From an uncultured Microthrixaceae bacterium (GTDB lineage: Bacteria > Actinomycetota > Acidimicrobiia > Acidimicrobiales > DATDAH01), in NCBI GenBank assembly GCA_963748285.1, contig CAVVIF010000009.1, positions 52,262-116,261 on the forward strand: DNA of 64,000 bases, read 5' to 3'. Positions 1-10,592 of this stretch are shown here, piece after piece. How positions within the stretch are numbered: the first letter of the stretch is position 1; each line of letters starts with the position of its first letter. Position numbers and translations under genes: made by a program. A model generated the notes under the pieces. It worked only from the letters and a program-made list of their open reading frames with translations, made no database searches and had not been told where the DNA came from.

Positions 1-441
1 CGGGACTCGCTGGGCCAGGCCTTCCGCTTCGTGGAGCTGGCCAACGACGTGAACTCCCACATGCCCGACTACGTCGTGCGCCGCCTGGTCGTGGCCTTCA
101 ACGATCGCGGCCAGGCCGTCAAGGGCCGGCGCATCCTGCTGCTGGGCCTGGCCTACAAGAAGAACACCGGCGACGCCCGGGAGACCCCCGCCGCCGCCGT
201 CGCCCGCCAGCTCCTGGCCCTCGGCGCCGACGTACGGGGCGCCGACCCCCACGTGGCCGACGACGAGTTCGCCCCGCCCGTCACCCGGGTCGACGCCACC
301 CCCGACGAGATCGCCGCCGCCGACGCCGTCGTGCTGCTCGTCGACCACGACGAGTTCGACCTCGAGGCGCTGGTCGGCCACGCCGCCTACGTGCTCGACA
401 CCCGCCACGTCGTGCACGGGCCGTCCGTCGAGCACCTCTGA
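1..441 (+). CDS. Nucleotide-sugar dehydrogenase (UDP-glucose/GDP-mannose dehydrogenase family), 3' part; 5' end lies outside the window
   Basis: Frame 1 is open from base 1. The C-terminal domain pattern RILLLGLAYKKNTGDARETPA...LGADVRGADPHV is typical of UDP-sugar 6-dehydrogenases. Stop at 439-441. Confidence 0.8.
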   Translation, partial: RDSLGQAFRFVELANDVNSHMPDYVVRRLVVAFNDRGQAVKGRRILLLGLAYKKNTGDARETPAAAVARQLLALGADVRGADPHVADDEFAPPVTRVDATPDEIAAADAVVLLVDHDEFDLEALVGHAAYVLDTRHVVHGPSVEHL

Positions 442-457
442 GCCCCCGGTCCGGGTC

Positions 458-1256
458 GTGACCCGCCCGGCCGCGTCGGCGCCGCCCTGCCTCATCGTCT
501 ACGGCCTCGCCGTGACCATCGCGGTGGTGCTGCTGGACCACACCGGCGTGGCCACCATCGGCTCGGGCCTGACCCTGGCCGTCGCCCTGCTCGTCGTGGC
601 CGACCTGGCCTCCGACCGCAGGATCCGGATCGGCGCCGCCGCCCTGGGCGGGCTGGCCCTGGCCGCCGCCGTCGACCCCGCCGACGACCTGCCCTCGGGG
701 CTCTTGGCCGTCGCCACCCTCGCCCTGGTCGGCTGGTCCTGGCCGCCCCTCGGCACCGCGGTCGGCCGCCTCACCGCGGTGGCCCTCTTCGCCGGCGCCA
801 CCGTCGGCGTCTACTTGACCGTGCCCGACACCGAGGAGATCCGCGTCGTCGCCGCGGTGCTGGTGCCGGCCTTGGCCCTCCTGGCCTGGCCCAGGGTGAC
901 CGAGACCCCGCCGTCGGTCCTGGCCCCCTTGGGCCTGGTCGTCTGGGCCGCGGCCCAGGGGGGCCGGGGCCGCCCCGGGTGCGGTGGTCGGGGCCTTGGC
1001 CTGCCTGGCGCTGGTCACGGCGCCGCTGGCCGCCCGACGGGTGACCCGTTCGCTGCCCCGACGGGGGCTGATCCTCGCCGTCCACGCGGCCGCCACCGTG
1101 GTCCTCGCCCGGGTGGCCGGCCTCGAGGCGAGCGCGGCCACCGCGGCGGCGATCGCCCTCCCCGTGGCCGTCGGCACCGTGGCCGCCGACGCGTTCGTGC
1201 TCCGGGTGGGGGTGGACACCCCGACGCGCGAGAAGATGGGCGGAACCACCCCATGA
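458..1256 (+). CDS. Polytopic membrane protein of unknown function; one frame change near 960-985
   Basis: Hydrophobic helices run in frame 2 (458-~975) and continue in the frame of ORF 984-1256 (GAVVGALACLALVTAPLAA...). The stop TGA at 1254-1256 overlaps the next ATG at 1253 (ATGA). Confidence 0.5.
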
Positions 1257-2224
1257 CCACCGACCTCGTCATCCGCCGGGCGACCGACGCCGACCTCCCC
1301 GGCATCATGGCCCTGGCCCGGGCCGCTCTGGGCTGGGACGACGACGAGCGCCACGCCGCCTTCTTCGACTGGAAGCACCGCCAGAACCCCTTCGGCCCCT
1401 CGCCGATGTGGGTGGCCGAGGAGGCCGGTGAGGTCAGGGCCTTCCGCACCTTCCTGCGGTGGGAATGGGCCCGTCCCGGCGGGGGCATCGCCAGGGCGGT
1501 GCGGGCCGTCGACACCGCCACCCACCCGGACTTCCAGGGCCGGGGGCTCTTCCGGGCCCTGACCATGTCGGCCCTCGACGAGCTCGTCGAGGAGGGGGTC
1601 GACTTCGTGTTCAACACCCCCAACGACCAGAGCCGCCCCGGCTACCTGAAGATGGGCTGGGAGATCATCGGCCGCCCCCCGGTGCGCGTCCGCCCGTGCG
1701 GGCTCGGCGGCCTGGCCCGCCTCGCCCGGGCCCGGGCCGCGGCGGCCAAGTGGTCCGAGCCCGCCCAGTTCGGCCAAGCGGCGGCCGAGGCCTTCGCCGA
1801 CGACGACCAGCTCGACCCCCTGATGGCGATCCTGACCGCCGACGAGCTGGCCACCAACCGGTCCCCCGCCTACTTCCGCTGGCGGTACGGCTTCGCCCCC
1901 CTGCACTACCGGGTGGTGCGCCGGGGCGCCGACCTGACCGACGGCTTCGCCGTCGTGCGCCTCCGCCGGCGGGGCGCCGCCGTCGAGGGCACCGTCTGTG
2001 AGCTGGTCGTCCACCCGGGCGACCGGGGGGCGGTGGGCCGGCTGCTGGGCCAGGTCGAGGGGGCCGACTACCTCCTGGTCGCCGGTCGCCTCTCGCCCCT
2101 GCAGGGCGGGCTGCTCCCCCTCCCCCACCAGGGCCCCCTGGTCACCTGGCGGGCCGTGAACCAGACCGAGCCCCCCACCCTGGCCGGCTGGAACCTCAGC
2201 CTCGGCGACCTGGAGCTGTTCTGA
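1253..2224 (+). CDS. GNAT-family N-acetyltransferase with a C-terminal extension
   Basis: The internal ATG at 1253 lies within the 588-aa ORF. GNAT motif A-like sequence: AVDTATHPDFQGRGLFRALTMSAL...FNTPNDQSRPGYLKMGW. The frame appears intact. Confidence 0.75.
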   Translation: MTTDLVIRRATDADLPGIMALARAALGWDDDERHAAFFDWKHRQNPFGPSPMWVAEEAGEVRAFRTFLRWEWARPGGGIARAVRAVDTATHPDFQGRGLFRALTMSALDELVEEGVDFVFNTPNDQSRPGYLKMGWEIIGRPPVRVRPCGLGGLARLARARAAAAKWSEPAQFGQAAAEAFADDDQLDPLMAILTADELATNRSPAYFRWRYGFAPLHYRVVRRGADLTDGFAVVRLRRRGAAVEGTVCELVVHPGDRGAVGRLLGQVEGADYLLVAGRLSPLQGGLLPLPHQGPLVTWRAVNQTEPPTLAGWNLSLGDLELF

Positions 2225-2225
2225 G

Positions 2226-3050
2226 ATGGGCCCCGCCCGCCGCCTCCTGGGCCAGGCCGTCAAGGCCACCGCCGCGGCCACCGACGCCGTGCGCCGACCG
2301 CCGCCCGGCGTCGTCGTGCTCATCTACCACCGGGTGGGGACCGGCACCGCCAGCGAGGTCGACCTCCCCATCGACCGCTTCGACGAGCAGATGGCCTGGC
2401 TGGCCCGGCACCGGCGACCGGTCGGCCTCGACGAGGCCCTGGACCTGCTGGAGCGACCCGAGCCCCCAGCGGGCCCGCCCCCGGTGGTGGTCACCTTCGA
2501 CGACGGCACCGCCGACTTCGTCGACCATGCCCTCCCCGTCCTGGCCCGCCACCGGGTCCCGGCCACCCTCTACCTGGCCACCGACTTCGCCGAGCAGCAG
2601 CGGACCTTCCCCCCCGACGGCACCCCGGTGACCTGGAGCGCACTGGCCGACGCCCTCACCACCGGGCTGGTCACCGTCGGCTCCCACACCCACACCCACG
2701 CCCTGCTCGACCGGCTGCCCGCCGACCAGGTGGCCGACGAGCTCGACCGGTCCGTCGAGCTGATCGGCGAGCACCTCGGCGTGGTCGCCGACCACTTCGC
2801 CTACCCGAAGGCCGTCCCCGGCTCCCCCGCCGCCGAGGACGCCGTCCGGGCCCGCTTCCGCTCCGCGGCCCTGGCCGGCACCCGGCCCAACCCCTACGGC
2901 ACGACCGACCCCCACCGCCTGGCCCGCTCGCCCGTCCAGGTCAGCGACCACACGACGTGGTTCCGCCGCAAGGCCCAGGGCGGCATGGCCGTCGAGGACG
3001 GCCTGCGCCGGGCGCTCAACCGCCGCCGCTACGCCGACGCCACCACATGA
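2226..3050 (+). CDS. Polysaccharide deacetylase (NodB homology, CE4)
   Basis: VVVTFDDGTADFVDHALPVLARHRVPATLYL...VTVGSHTHTH matches the CE4 DD..H..H motifs. Intact 274-aa ORF. Confidence 0.85.
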   Translation: MGPARRLLGQAVKATAAATDAVRRPPPGVVVLIYHRVGTGTASEVDLPIDRFDEQMAWLARHRRPVGLDEALDLLERPEPPAGPPPVVVTFDDGTADFVDHALPVLARHRVPATLYLATDFAEQQRTFPPDGTPVTWSALADALTTGLVTVGSHTHTHALLDRLPADQVADELDRSVELIGEHLGVVADHFAYPKAVPGSPAAEDAVRARFRSAALAGTRPNPYGTTDPHRLARSPVQVSDHTTWFRRKAQGGMAVEDGLRRALNRRRYADATT

Positions 3051-4221
3051 GCCGGCCTCGGCTGATCCACGTCACCACCACCGACATCAGCCTGGAGCTC
3101 CTGCTCGGCCCCCAGCTCCGGGCCTTCGCCGCCGCCGGCTACGAGGTGATCGGCGCCTCGGCCCCCGGGCCCTTCGTCGAGAAGCTCGAAGCCGACGGGA
3201 TCCGCCACGTCCCCCTCCAGCACGCCACCCGGGGGTGGTCGCTGTCCAGCGACGCCCGGGCCCTCGACGAGCTCCGACGGCTGTTCGCCGAGCTGCGGCC
3301 CGACATCGTCCACACCCACAACCCCAAGCCCGGGGTCTACGGCCGCATCGCGGCCAAGGCGGCCCGGGTCCCGGTCATCGTCAACACCCAGCACGGCCTC
3401 TACGCCACCGAGGACGACCGCGCGGCCAAGCGGGCCGCCGTCTACGCCCTCGAGCGCCTGGCCGCCACCTGCTCGGACGCCGAGCTGGTCCAGAACGAGG
3501 AGGACCTCGAGACCCTCGCCCGCCTCCGCGTGCCCCGCCGCAAGCTCACCCTGCTGGGCAACGGCATCGACCTCGACCGCTTCGACCCCGACCACGTCGA
3601 CCCCGACGCCGTGCAGGCCCTGCGCCACGACCTGGACCCCGACGGCGACGCCGTGCTGGTCGGCGCCGTCGGCCGCCTGGTGCGCGAGAAGGGCTACCCC
3701 GAGCTCTTCGAGGCCATGGAGCAGGTCCGCGCCGTGCACCCCGAAGCCCGCCTCGTCGTCGCCGGCCCCGCCGACCCCGACAAGGCCGACGGCGTCACCC
3801 AGGCCGAGCTGGACCGGGCCGAGCAGGCCGGCGTGCGCTTCCTGGGCATGGTCGACGACGTCGAGACCCTCTACGCCGCCCTGGACCTCTACGTCCTCGC
3901 CTCCCACCGCGAGGGCTTCCCCCGCTCGGCCATGGAGGCCGCCGCCATGGGCCTGCCGGTGGTGGCCACCGACATCCGAGGCTGCCGCCAGGTGGTGGAC
4001 CACGACACCACGGGCCTGCTCGTCCCCGCGGGGCGCAACCCGGCCGCTGGCGGCCGCCATGGCCGACCTCGTCGCCGAACCCGATCGCCGACGCCGATGG
4101 GCACGGGCTGCCCGCGCGAAGGCCACGACGGGAGTTCGACCAGCGACGGGTGATCGACACGACCCTGGACACCTACAATCGACTACTCCCAGTCCAGGGC
4201 CGAGCGTCGGCCTCGTCGTGA
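3047..4221 (+). CDS. GT4-family glycosyltransferase; two frame changes in the last ~190 nt
   Basis: ATGA overlap with the upstream stop at 3047-3050. GT4 C-domain: GRLVREKGYPELFEA...ASHREGFPRSAMEAAAMGLPVVATDIRGCRQVVDHDTTGLLVP. The C-terminus continues in two other frames (ALAAAMADLVAEPDRRRR..., then EFDQRRVIDTTLDTYNRLL) to the stop at 4219-4221. Confidence 0.85.
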
Positions 4222-4330
4222 CGAATGGAGCGCGATAATTCGTCCGACTCACCAACCAGGCACTACTCAGTTCCGGGGAGTTGGTACCGCTCATGGGAGT
4301 CTCTGCAACTACCAATAGTCCCCTAGACGC

Positions 4331-5048
4331 TCAGTCCGACTGAACAAGATCCGGCTTCTTGAGGACGAGAGTCTGCGCTAAGGCAGGATAGGACCCTACC
4401 TCCAATTCCTCCAGCATTGCCGTTATCCGGGCTGGATCGAACTCTAGGTGTCCATACAATTCTGCGTGGCGGCCATAGACGAGATCAAGCTGACTATGCT
4501 CTATCAGCGAACGGACGTCTATGTTGGACCCATACTTATTCGATGATCCAGGCGAGAAGGGTTCGATATTTAGAAACAGGTCGATCGTCGAGGACGGCAT
4601 GACCTCCTGGCCGCAAGATCTTATTAAGCTCGTGTGTCAGGCCTTCTATTTCCGATTCCGGGATGTGCTCTATGGTCGAAATCGAGTAGACCGTATCTAC
4701 CGACTCTCGTGGCAGATCTGCTGCTTGCAGCGTCGACTGGACGAGTTCAACGGAGGTGCCAAAAGCCCGATTCATCTTCTGGATGGTGGCACTGCTAACA
4801 GGCCAGCCGACGCCGCTGGCCTGGAGTCCCGGGTCAACGTTGACCACATGTGCGCCTGCGTCAGACAGGGTAAACTGGAAGCCACTCAATCCGCCACCGA
4901 TCTCGACAATGGACTGGCCGGGAAGTATCGGCACGGCATGAAAGGCCCAAGGGTACTCAACTCGACGGGTAGTGTTGTTCGGTTGGAACCCAAACGGTCC
5001 AACGACTTGCGGGAGCCGGGTCCGGATGCGCCTCGCCAGCCGGTTCAC
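4331..5048 (-). CDS. Class I SAM-dependent methyltransferase; one frame change near 4580
   Basis: VEYPWAF...SIVEIGGGLSGFQFTLSDAGAHVVNVD is a motif I-like GxGxG. ORF 4536-5048 continues into ORF 4331-4600 (GGHAV / TIDLFLNIEP...). Confidence 0.7.
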
Positions 5049-5357
5049 AGGCCGTGGGTATCGACAACCGTAGGGCGCGTGCCACCTTGCATTCCAACGA
5101 AGCAGATCGGGAGGGAGGTTGGCGGCGGAATCATCCCCGGCAGGTTAGCTAGGCTGAACCTAGAGGCGTGTCGGCTCGGCTCGAATCCGATGGCCACGCT
5201 GTGGCGAGTAGGGTTTGGGCCCTTACGTCTGTCCGAGATCAACTTGAGCGCCGTTCCCTGAAGCCGACCGGTATAGGGCCTGATTACATTGCTGCCTGGA
5301 TGTCGGCTCAAGCGCGGGGAGTCCGCTTGACATGTGGAGTGAAGTCGGTGAGCGTCG

Positions 5358-6573
5358 TCAGAGCGTTGCAAGTGTCTTCTTGAGTTGAGCGTCCCAGGTG
5401 CCGTCCTGCTCGACGTCGCGTCGAGCTGCCAGACCCAACCGGGTGCGAAGTGCAGAGTCTTCGAGTAGCCGGCTGAGCGCATGTGCAAGTCCGTCGACGT
5501 CGCCGGGCTCGTAGAGGAGCGCGTTCATGCCGTCGGACAGGGTCCGGGCGACATCGCCGATCCGCGGCGCAACGATGGCCCGACCGGCAGCCATGTACTC
5601 CTTGAGCTTCAGCGGCGAGTAATGGAAGTCCGCGTCCGAGCGTGCGGTGAGAACCGCCACGTCCATAGCCGCAAGGTGGTCAGGAACGGACCCGTGCGCC
5701 ACGGCACCGGTGAACGCCACCGCATGGGCGATGCCGAGTCGACGACACTGTTCCTCGAGAGCGACCCGCTCCTGGCCGTGGCCCACGAGGATCAGCCGAC
5801 TGTCCGGTCGACGCGGCAGGACCTGGGCGAACGCCTCGAGCGCGATCTCGACGCGCGTGGAACCGGCGGAAGGTGCCTGTCCAGCCGATGACCAAGTTCG
5901 ACTCCCACCCGAGGGCGGCTCGCACGTCAGCGCCGCGGTTCTCGGGGTCGAACTGCTCGGGGTCGACGGCCATGGGCGTGGTCACCAGTCGCTCTCGATC
6001 TACGCCCATGTCGGCGAGCGCGTTGTGCACCTCGTCCGACACGCACGCGATAGCGTCCGCCTCATCGAACGCCGCCTGTTCCGAGAAGCGTTCGATGAGC
6101 CGGCCCCAGCCTGGTCGTCGGACTCCCCATTTCCTGGCTTCCCAGACCTGGGGAGCATGGACGAAGAGGACCAGCGGACATCCACGCCGTCGCGCCAACG
6201 ACTCACCCGCATGGTGGAAGATGTCGTGGTGCTGCCACACCATGCCGAGTTCGAGATCCGCCCACGGCCCACGGTCGCCGACGTCCCGGAAGGATCTCGA
6301 GCGCAGGAACTGCCGCCCGTCCTTGGCGGCGGTGGTGAGCGTGGTCGGCAGCCGTCGCTCTCGCCCAGAAGACGGAATGGACTCCAGGCCCGTGTAGGAA
6401 AGCACCTGCTGGGGAGTGGCCACGGCGTCTGGGGTCACCACCCACGCGTACCCGAACCGGCGCTCGGCGGCAGCGGCCCACCCTGCCGCCGTCACCCACA
6501 GGGCATCGGCACCCGGCCATGCGGTACTGGCCCGGGGCATGACCAGAACCGCGGCACGTCGGTCCCCGCTCAT
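5358..6573 (-). CDS. GT4-family glycosyltransferase; one frame change near 5860
   Basis: The N-domain is in ORF 5680-6573. After ...IGWTGTFRRFH the sequence continues in the frame of ORF 5358-5786: VEIALEAFAQVLPRRPDSRLILVGHGQERV...SPLKLKEYMAAGRAIVAP. Confidence 0.75.
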
Positions 6574-6653
6574 CGGTCCAGCCGGCCTGTACCCGGCTCC
6601 AAACCCGCCCGTCCCACTCCCCCGCGTTCATCTGACCAGGACGGCTGAGAGCG

Positions 6654-7351
6654 ATGCGAGTCATCGGGTTCGTCCCCTCGAGGTTGAACAGCACCCGGCT
6701 GCCGTCGAAGAACATCCGACCACTCGGAGGGGTACCCCTCGTGAGCCGAGCGGTCGCCGTGTTGTCCGAGGTCGACGCCATCGACGAGACAATCGTGTAC
6801 GCGAGCGATGACGCGGTGATGGCCCATGTCGACGAGTCGCTTGCCTGTCGCTTCGTCGAGCGGCCGTTGCGGCTCGATGACGACGCGACCACGGCCGAGG
6901 ACTTCATCGAGGGGTTTCTCGACCAGGTCGCGTGCGATGTCGTCGTGCTCCTTCATGCCACCTCGCCGTTCATCCGACCGCTCACCGTCGCGCGCTGCCT
7001 GTCCGCAGTGGCCGATGGCGATCACCAGTCGGCGTTCGCCGCCTTGGCGGTCAGGCGATTCTGCTGGTTCGAGGGGCACCCGCTGAACTACTCACTCGAC
7101 GCGCCAACGCCCCGCACCCAAGAAACCTCACCCCCGTCGTCGTCGAGCAGTCCGGGTCTACGTCTTCACTCCGGGAGCTGTTCGAGCAGTCCCGCTCCCG
7201 GGTCGACGAGAACGTCGTCGCGCTCATCGACGAGGTCGAAGGCCACGACATCGACACTGCGGCCGAGTTCGCGATGGCTGAGGTCATCTTGATCGGGGGG
7301 AGCCCTCGAGATGGACGGCGATCAGGACCGGGCCCGCCAGTCGGGCCATGA
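6654..7351 (+). CDS. Acylneuraminate/ulosonate cytidylyltransferase family (CMP-sugar synthetase, NeuA/KdsB-like); frame changes near 7110-7160
   Basis: The N-terminus MRVIGFVPSRLNSTRLPSKNIRPLGGVPL is the classic CTP_transf_3 signature. Later VVLLHATSPF appears. The C-terminal part continues in the frame of ORF 6932-7351 (VVEQSG...ELFEQSRSRV...IDEVEGHDIDTAAEFAMAEVIL). Confidence 0.75.
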
Positions 7352-7375
7352 AATCCTGCTGTTCGATCCGAGGGA

Positions 7376-8230
7376 TCAGGTCCGAGGCCGAGGGCACGGA
7401 CCAATCGGAGACGACAAAGGGCCGATTCCTCGGGCACGCAACCACCGGGCGAGGTCGGCAGTCGAGCCGGCAACGAGTTCTGCCTCACCCGGGAGCATCG
7501 TCGTGCGGTTGTAGACGGCCCCACGGGAATAGGAACACATCGCCCGCGCCCGGCGGGCGATGTGCTGGACGCCGGCAGGCTGTCTGGAACGGATGCTCTT
7601 GAGCCGATGGGCGCCCGGCCCGACCCTGTCGTAGAAGGCTTCCGTCGTCGGCCGGTCGTAGAAGTGGACGTTGTTGCCCTTGGTGTTGCCGATGTCCCAC
7701 CCCACGAAGAACAACTCGGCGACGCCGAGGTGGACGGCGAGGTACACAGCGACCTCATACATGATGCCCGGGCCCCAGGGTCGACTCGTCTGCTGATCGA
7801 AGGTGTGCCGCTCGAAGTCCCGGGAATGAGCCAGGCTGTCGTCGAGGCTGGAGCCGTAGCGGATCCATGTCGAGCGCGATGTCGTGGCGGTTCAGCTGCG
7901 GGAAGCCGACGGCCGGGGTCGGCGCGCAGCACACGGATCGTCTCCGGTGAGGGCCCGGTAGCGGCTCACGTTGTAGGCGTTGAAGCACAGGAAGTCAGCG
8001 GCATCCCCGACCACGTCGATCGCCTGCTTGACGGCGATGACCGCCGACCCCTCGAGCGCCCTCTGGAGGGCCGCCTCCTCGAAGTCGCCCAGTGATGGTC
8101 CACAGGTCACGATCGCACAACGACCTCCAGCGAAGGCGTCTTTCAGAACGGCGAGCTGGGCGGTCGAGTCCCGGTGTTTGCGCACCTCCTCCGCCAAGCG
8201 CCGAGTCTGCTCACGCATGCAGCACGCCAC
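7376..8230 (-). CDS. DUF115/MAF-like or GT42-like (sialyltransferase-like) protein; at least two frame changes
   Basis: The N-part is GRCAIVTCGPSLGDFEE...VIAVKQAIDVVGDAADFLCFNAYN. The C-part is GPGIMYEVAVYLAVHLGVAELFFVGWDIGNTKGNNVHFYD. As I recall it, this resembles the Cst-II motif SGVYMCAVAIALGYKEIYLSGIDFY. The pieces lie in three frames (7892-8230, ~7760-7900, 7376-7762). Confidence 0.45.
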
Positions 8231-8236
8231 CCTCGC

Positions 8237-8879
8237 TCAAGCCGGCATCGTGCAGCTCCAAGAGGCTGTCAACGACCACGACCCACGCGTCGCGATCGTT
8301 TCCCGCCAGTCCGCCCTCTCGGTCCAGTGCGAGACGAACACGAAGTCGAGTTCGTGTTCCACTGCGACCTGGTAGTCGAGCTCGCTGTCGCCGATCAGGA
8401 CCGCGGGACGCTCGGCATCGGCCATCAGTTGCGCCACGAGCTCTGACTTGGCCGTCGGGCTACCGAAGATCCCGGCGAAGTCCGAGCTGAGCCCACGCTC
8501 GCGGAAGATCGCCCGCAACTCCTCTTGATCGCCGCCGGACACCACGTAGGCCAAGCCACCGGAATCGGCGATGGCGGCGAGAGCGCGGAAGCGCGGGATC
8601 GGCCGCGGCCGACCGCAGACCCTCCCGGCTCAGTTCACCGAAGCGGCCGAGGAGCCGCTCGACCTCACCGACCTCCGGTGGGCGGTTGAGGATCTCTGCG
8701 AAGAAGTGGTCGAGCTTCTCGTACCGGGAGACACCGGCGTTCTCGACGTGATATCTCACGAAGTCGGTGGAGGCGGCGGCGCCGTATGAGGCGGTCACCT
8801 CCGCCATCGCCCGGGATTTCACGGTGTTGGAGTCGAGGATGACGCCATCGCAGTCGAACAGCCAGGTGCGGTAGGTCAC
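8237..8879 (-). CDS. HAD-superfamily phosphatase; one frame change near 8590
   Basis: GTG at 8879. HAD motif I is LFDCDGVILDS. The C-part is in ORF 8237-8554 (AYVVSGGDQEEL...LIGDSELDYQVA). Confidence 0.7.
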
Positions 8880-8881
8880 GA

Positions 8882-10521
8882 TCAGACCGCGTCTGCGGGC
8901 GACGGCTGCCTGATCTCCTCCGCATAGAGCGATGATTGCGTGATCGGATACGTGGTGCGGGTGAGTGAGACGATCGGCGGGACTGACGGGTCCTCGGTGA
9001 AGAGGTCGAAGATTCCGAGCATCTCTTCCTGACGGGGATCGCCGGCGTCGAAGCCGTCGAAACCGGTGAGCAGGATACGACGAGCGCCCCCGCCGACGCC
9101 AGGGCCATCGCATACGCCGCCGCCTCGAGGCGAGGCAGCACGCACTCTGTGGACCCGATCGCCAGCTCGCCGGTGCTCACCGTCAGTCCGTAGTCCCGCA
9201 CCTCACCGGCGAACGGGAGATCACCGAGGTGGTACCGGATGGGCTCGGGCATGAAGACCGGCTTCGTCGACTCGGCGATCCGAGGGCCGTCGATGAGCGC
9301 CCGCACAGGGTGGCAGGCGACCAGGCAGTCGACGAGATCGGTCTCGACGGGGGGGACCACGTTGAGGGCGATCACCATCGGCTCCTTCTCGACGATGTAG
9401 CGCTCGATGTCGGTTCGTCTCGTCACGCCCGAGGGCCCGGGGGCGACGATCAGGACGTCGGCTCCCTGACACCAGTCCGTCGCCTCCCACGATCCGGTCG
9501 ACGGCTCGAGGCCAGGCTGGGTTATCGCCGAGCCGAGCCTTCCTGCTGAGTAGCGTCCACCACCGTCACGGCGAAGGTCCTCCAAGGCAGCGACGATCTC
9601 GTCGAGGTCGTAGCGGTTGTCCCGGGTCATCTCCTGGATGTAGGTCGGGTGGATCCCGTAGGAGGCGGACAGGAAGTAGAAGACGTTGGTCCCCCAGCCG
9701 TACTCGTCGTGGAGCTGCCGGAAGTCCGTTGTCACGGGCCCGACGAGCGGCAGGTGATCGACCGTTGCGAGACCGTGGGCGGCCAACTCGATGGCCAAGT
9801 ACTCGGTCCTCGCATTTCCGGGACCCCTTCCCATGCCCAGCAGGGTGCCGTCGACCCAGTGGGCGCCGTGCTCGACCGCCATCAGCGAGTTGGCCATGGC
9901 GAGAGACATGCTGTCGTGCATGTGACAGCCGATCGGGCCGGAGTAGCCATTGCGAACGGCGCCGATGATGGAAGGGATCTCCGGGCCGCGTATCGCTCCG
10001 AACGAGTCCGCGAAGTAGGCCACCTCGACATCCCAGGACTCGGCGTACCGACCGAACTGGGTGAAGTCCTCGGTGGAACGGTTGCTGGCCTGCATCAGGT
10101 TCACCCCGACCTGGTACCCGAGCTCGTGCAACCTCGTGACCGCCGGCTCGAGCTCCTCGAGCTCGTCGTAGTTCGTGGCGAACCTGACCAGCGAGACGGG
10201 GGTGGAATCCGCAGGACCGAACAGTCCTTCGATCACGGCAACAGGACCCTCGGGCCCGAGGACCTCCTTGGCGTTGACCATCACCCCCCATGTGATCCGT
10301 GTGGGGAGGTCGAACTGCCCGAGGAACGCGTCGGTCGTGTACACGAACGGACCCAAGTACCTGTCCTGGATCGGTCTGCGGAACCCGATCTCGACGACCT
10401 CGACCCCCGCTGAAACGACCGCGTCGAGGTAGCGCTCAACGACCCGTGGTTCGAAGTCCCAGTCGTTGTAGTAGCCGCCGTCCCGAAGCGTGCAATCGAG
10501 CAACACGCATGATCCCGCCAT
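8882..10521 (-). CDS. HMGL-like (DRE-TIM) aldolase fused to a C-terminal Rossmann-like domain; one frame change near 9085
   Basis: ATG at 10521. VLLDCTLRDGGYYNDW and GCHMHDSMSLAMANSLMAVEHGAHWVDGTLLGMGRGPGNARTE match the metal-binding D...HxH pattern of HMGL-like aldolases. The C-domain is ADVLIVAPGPSG...AAYAMALASAGARRILLTGFDGF. Stop at 8882-8884. Confidence 0.75.
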
Positions 10522-10592
10522 GTCCACTGTCGAACGAGCGTACCACTCCGCGCTCGTCGACCCAGGGCACCATTCGGGCGTCACGAAGCCGT

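Noticed and set aside
281-2323. Very long antisense or alternative-frame ORFs in the high-G+C regions. Examples: 281-2323(-) 680 aa, 3029-4315(-), 22433-24604(+) read-through, 45566-46930(-), 50038-52359(+) 773 aa, 59681-61129(-).
   Set aside because: Their translations are Arg/Gly/Pro/Ala-rich low-complexity strings with no motifs. They lie opposite or out of frame to genes with clear family signatures. Stop-codon scarcity at >70% G+C explains them.
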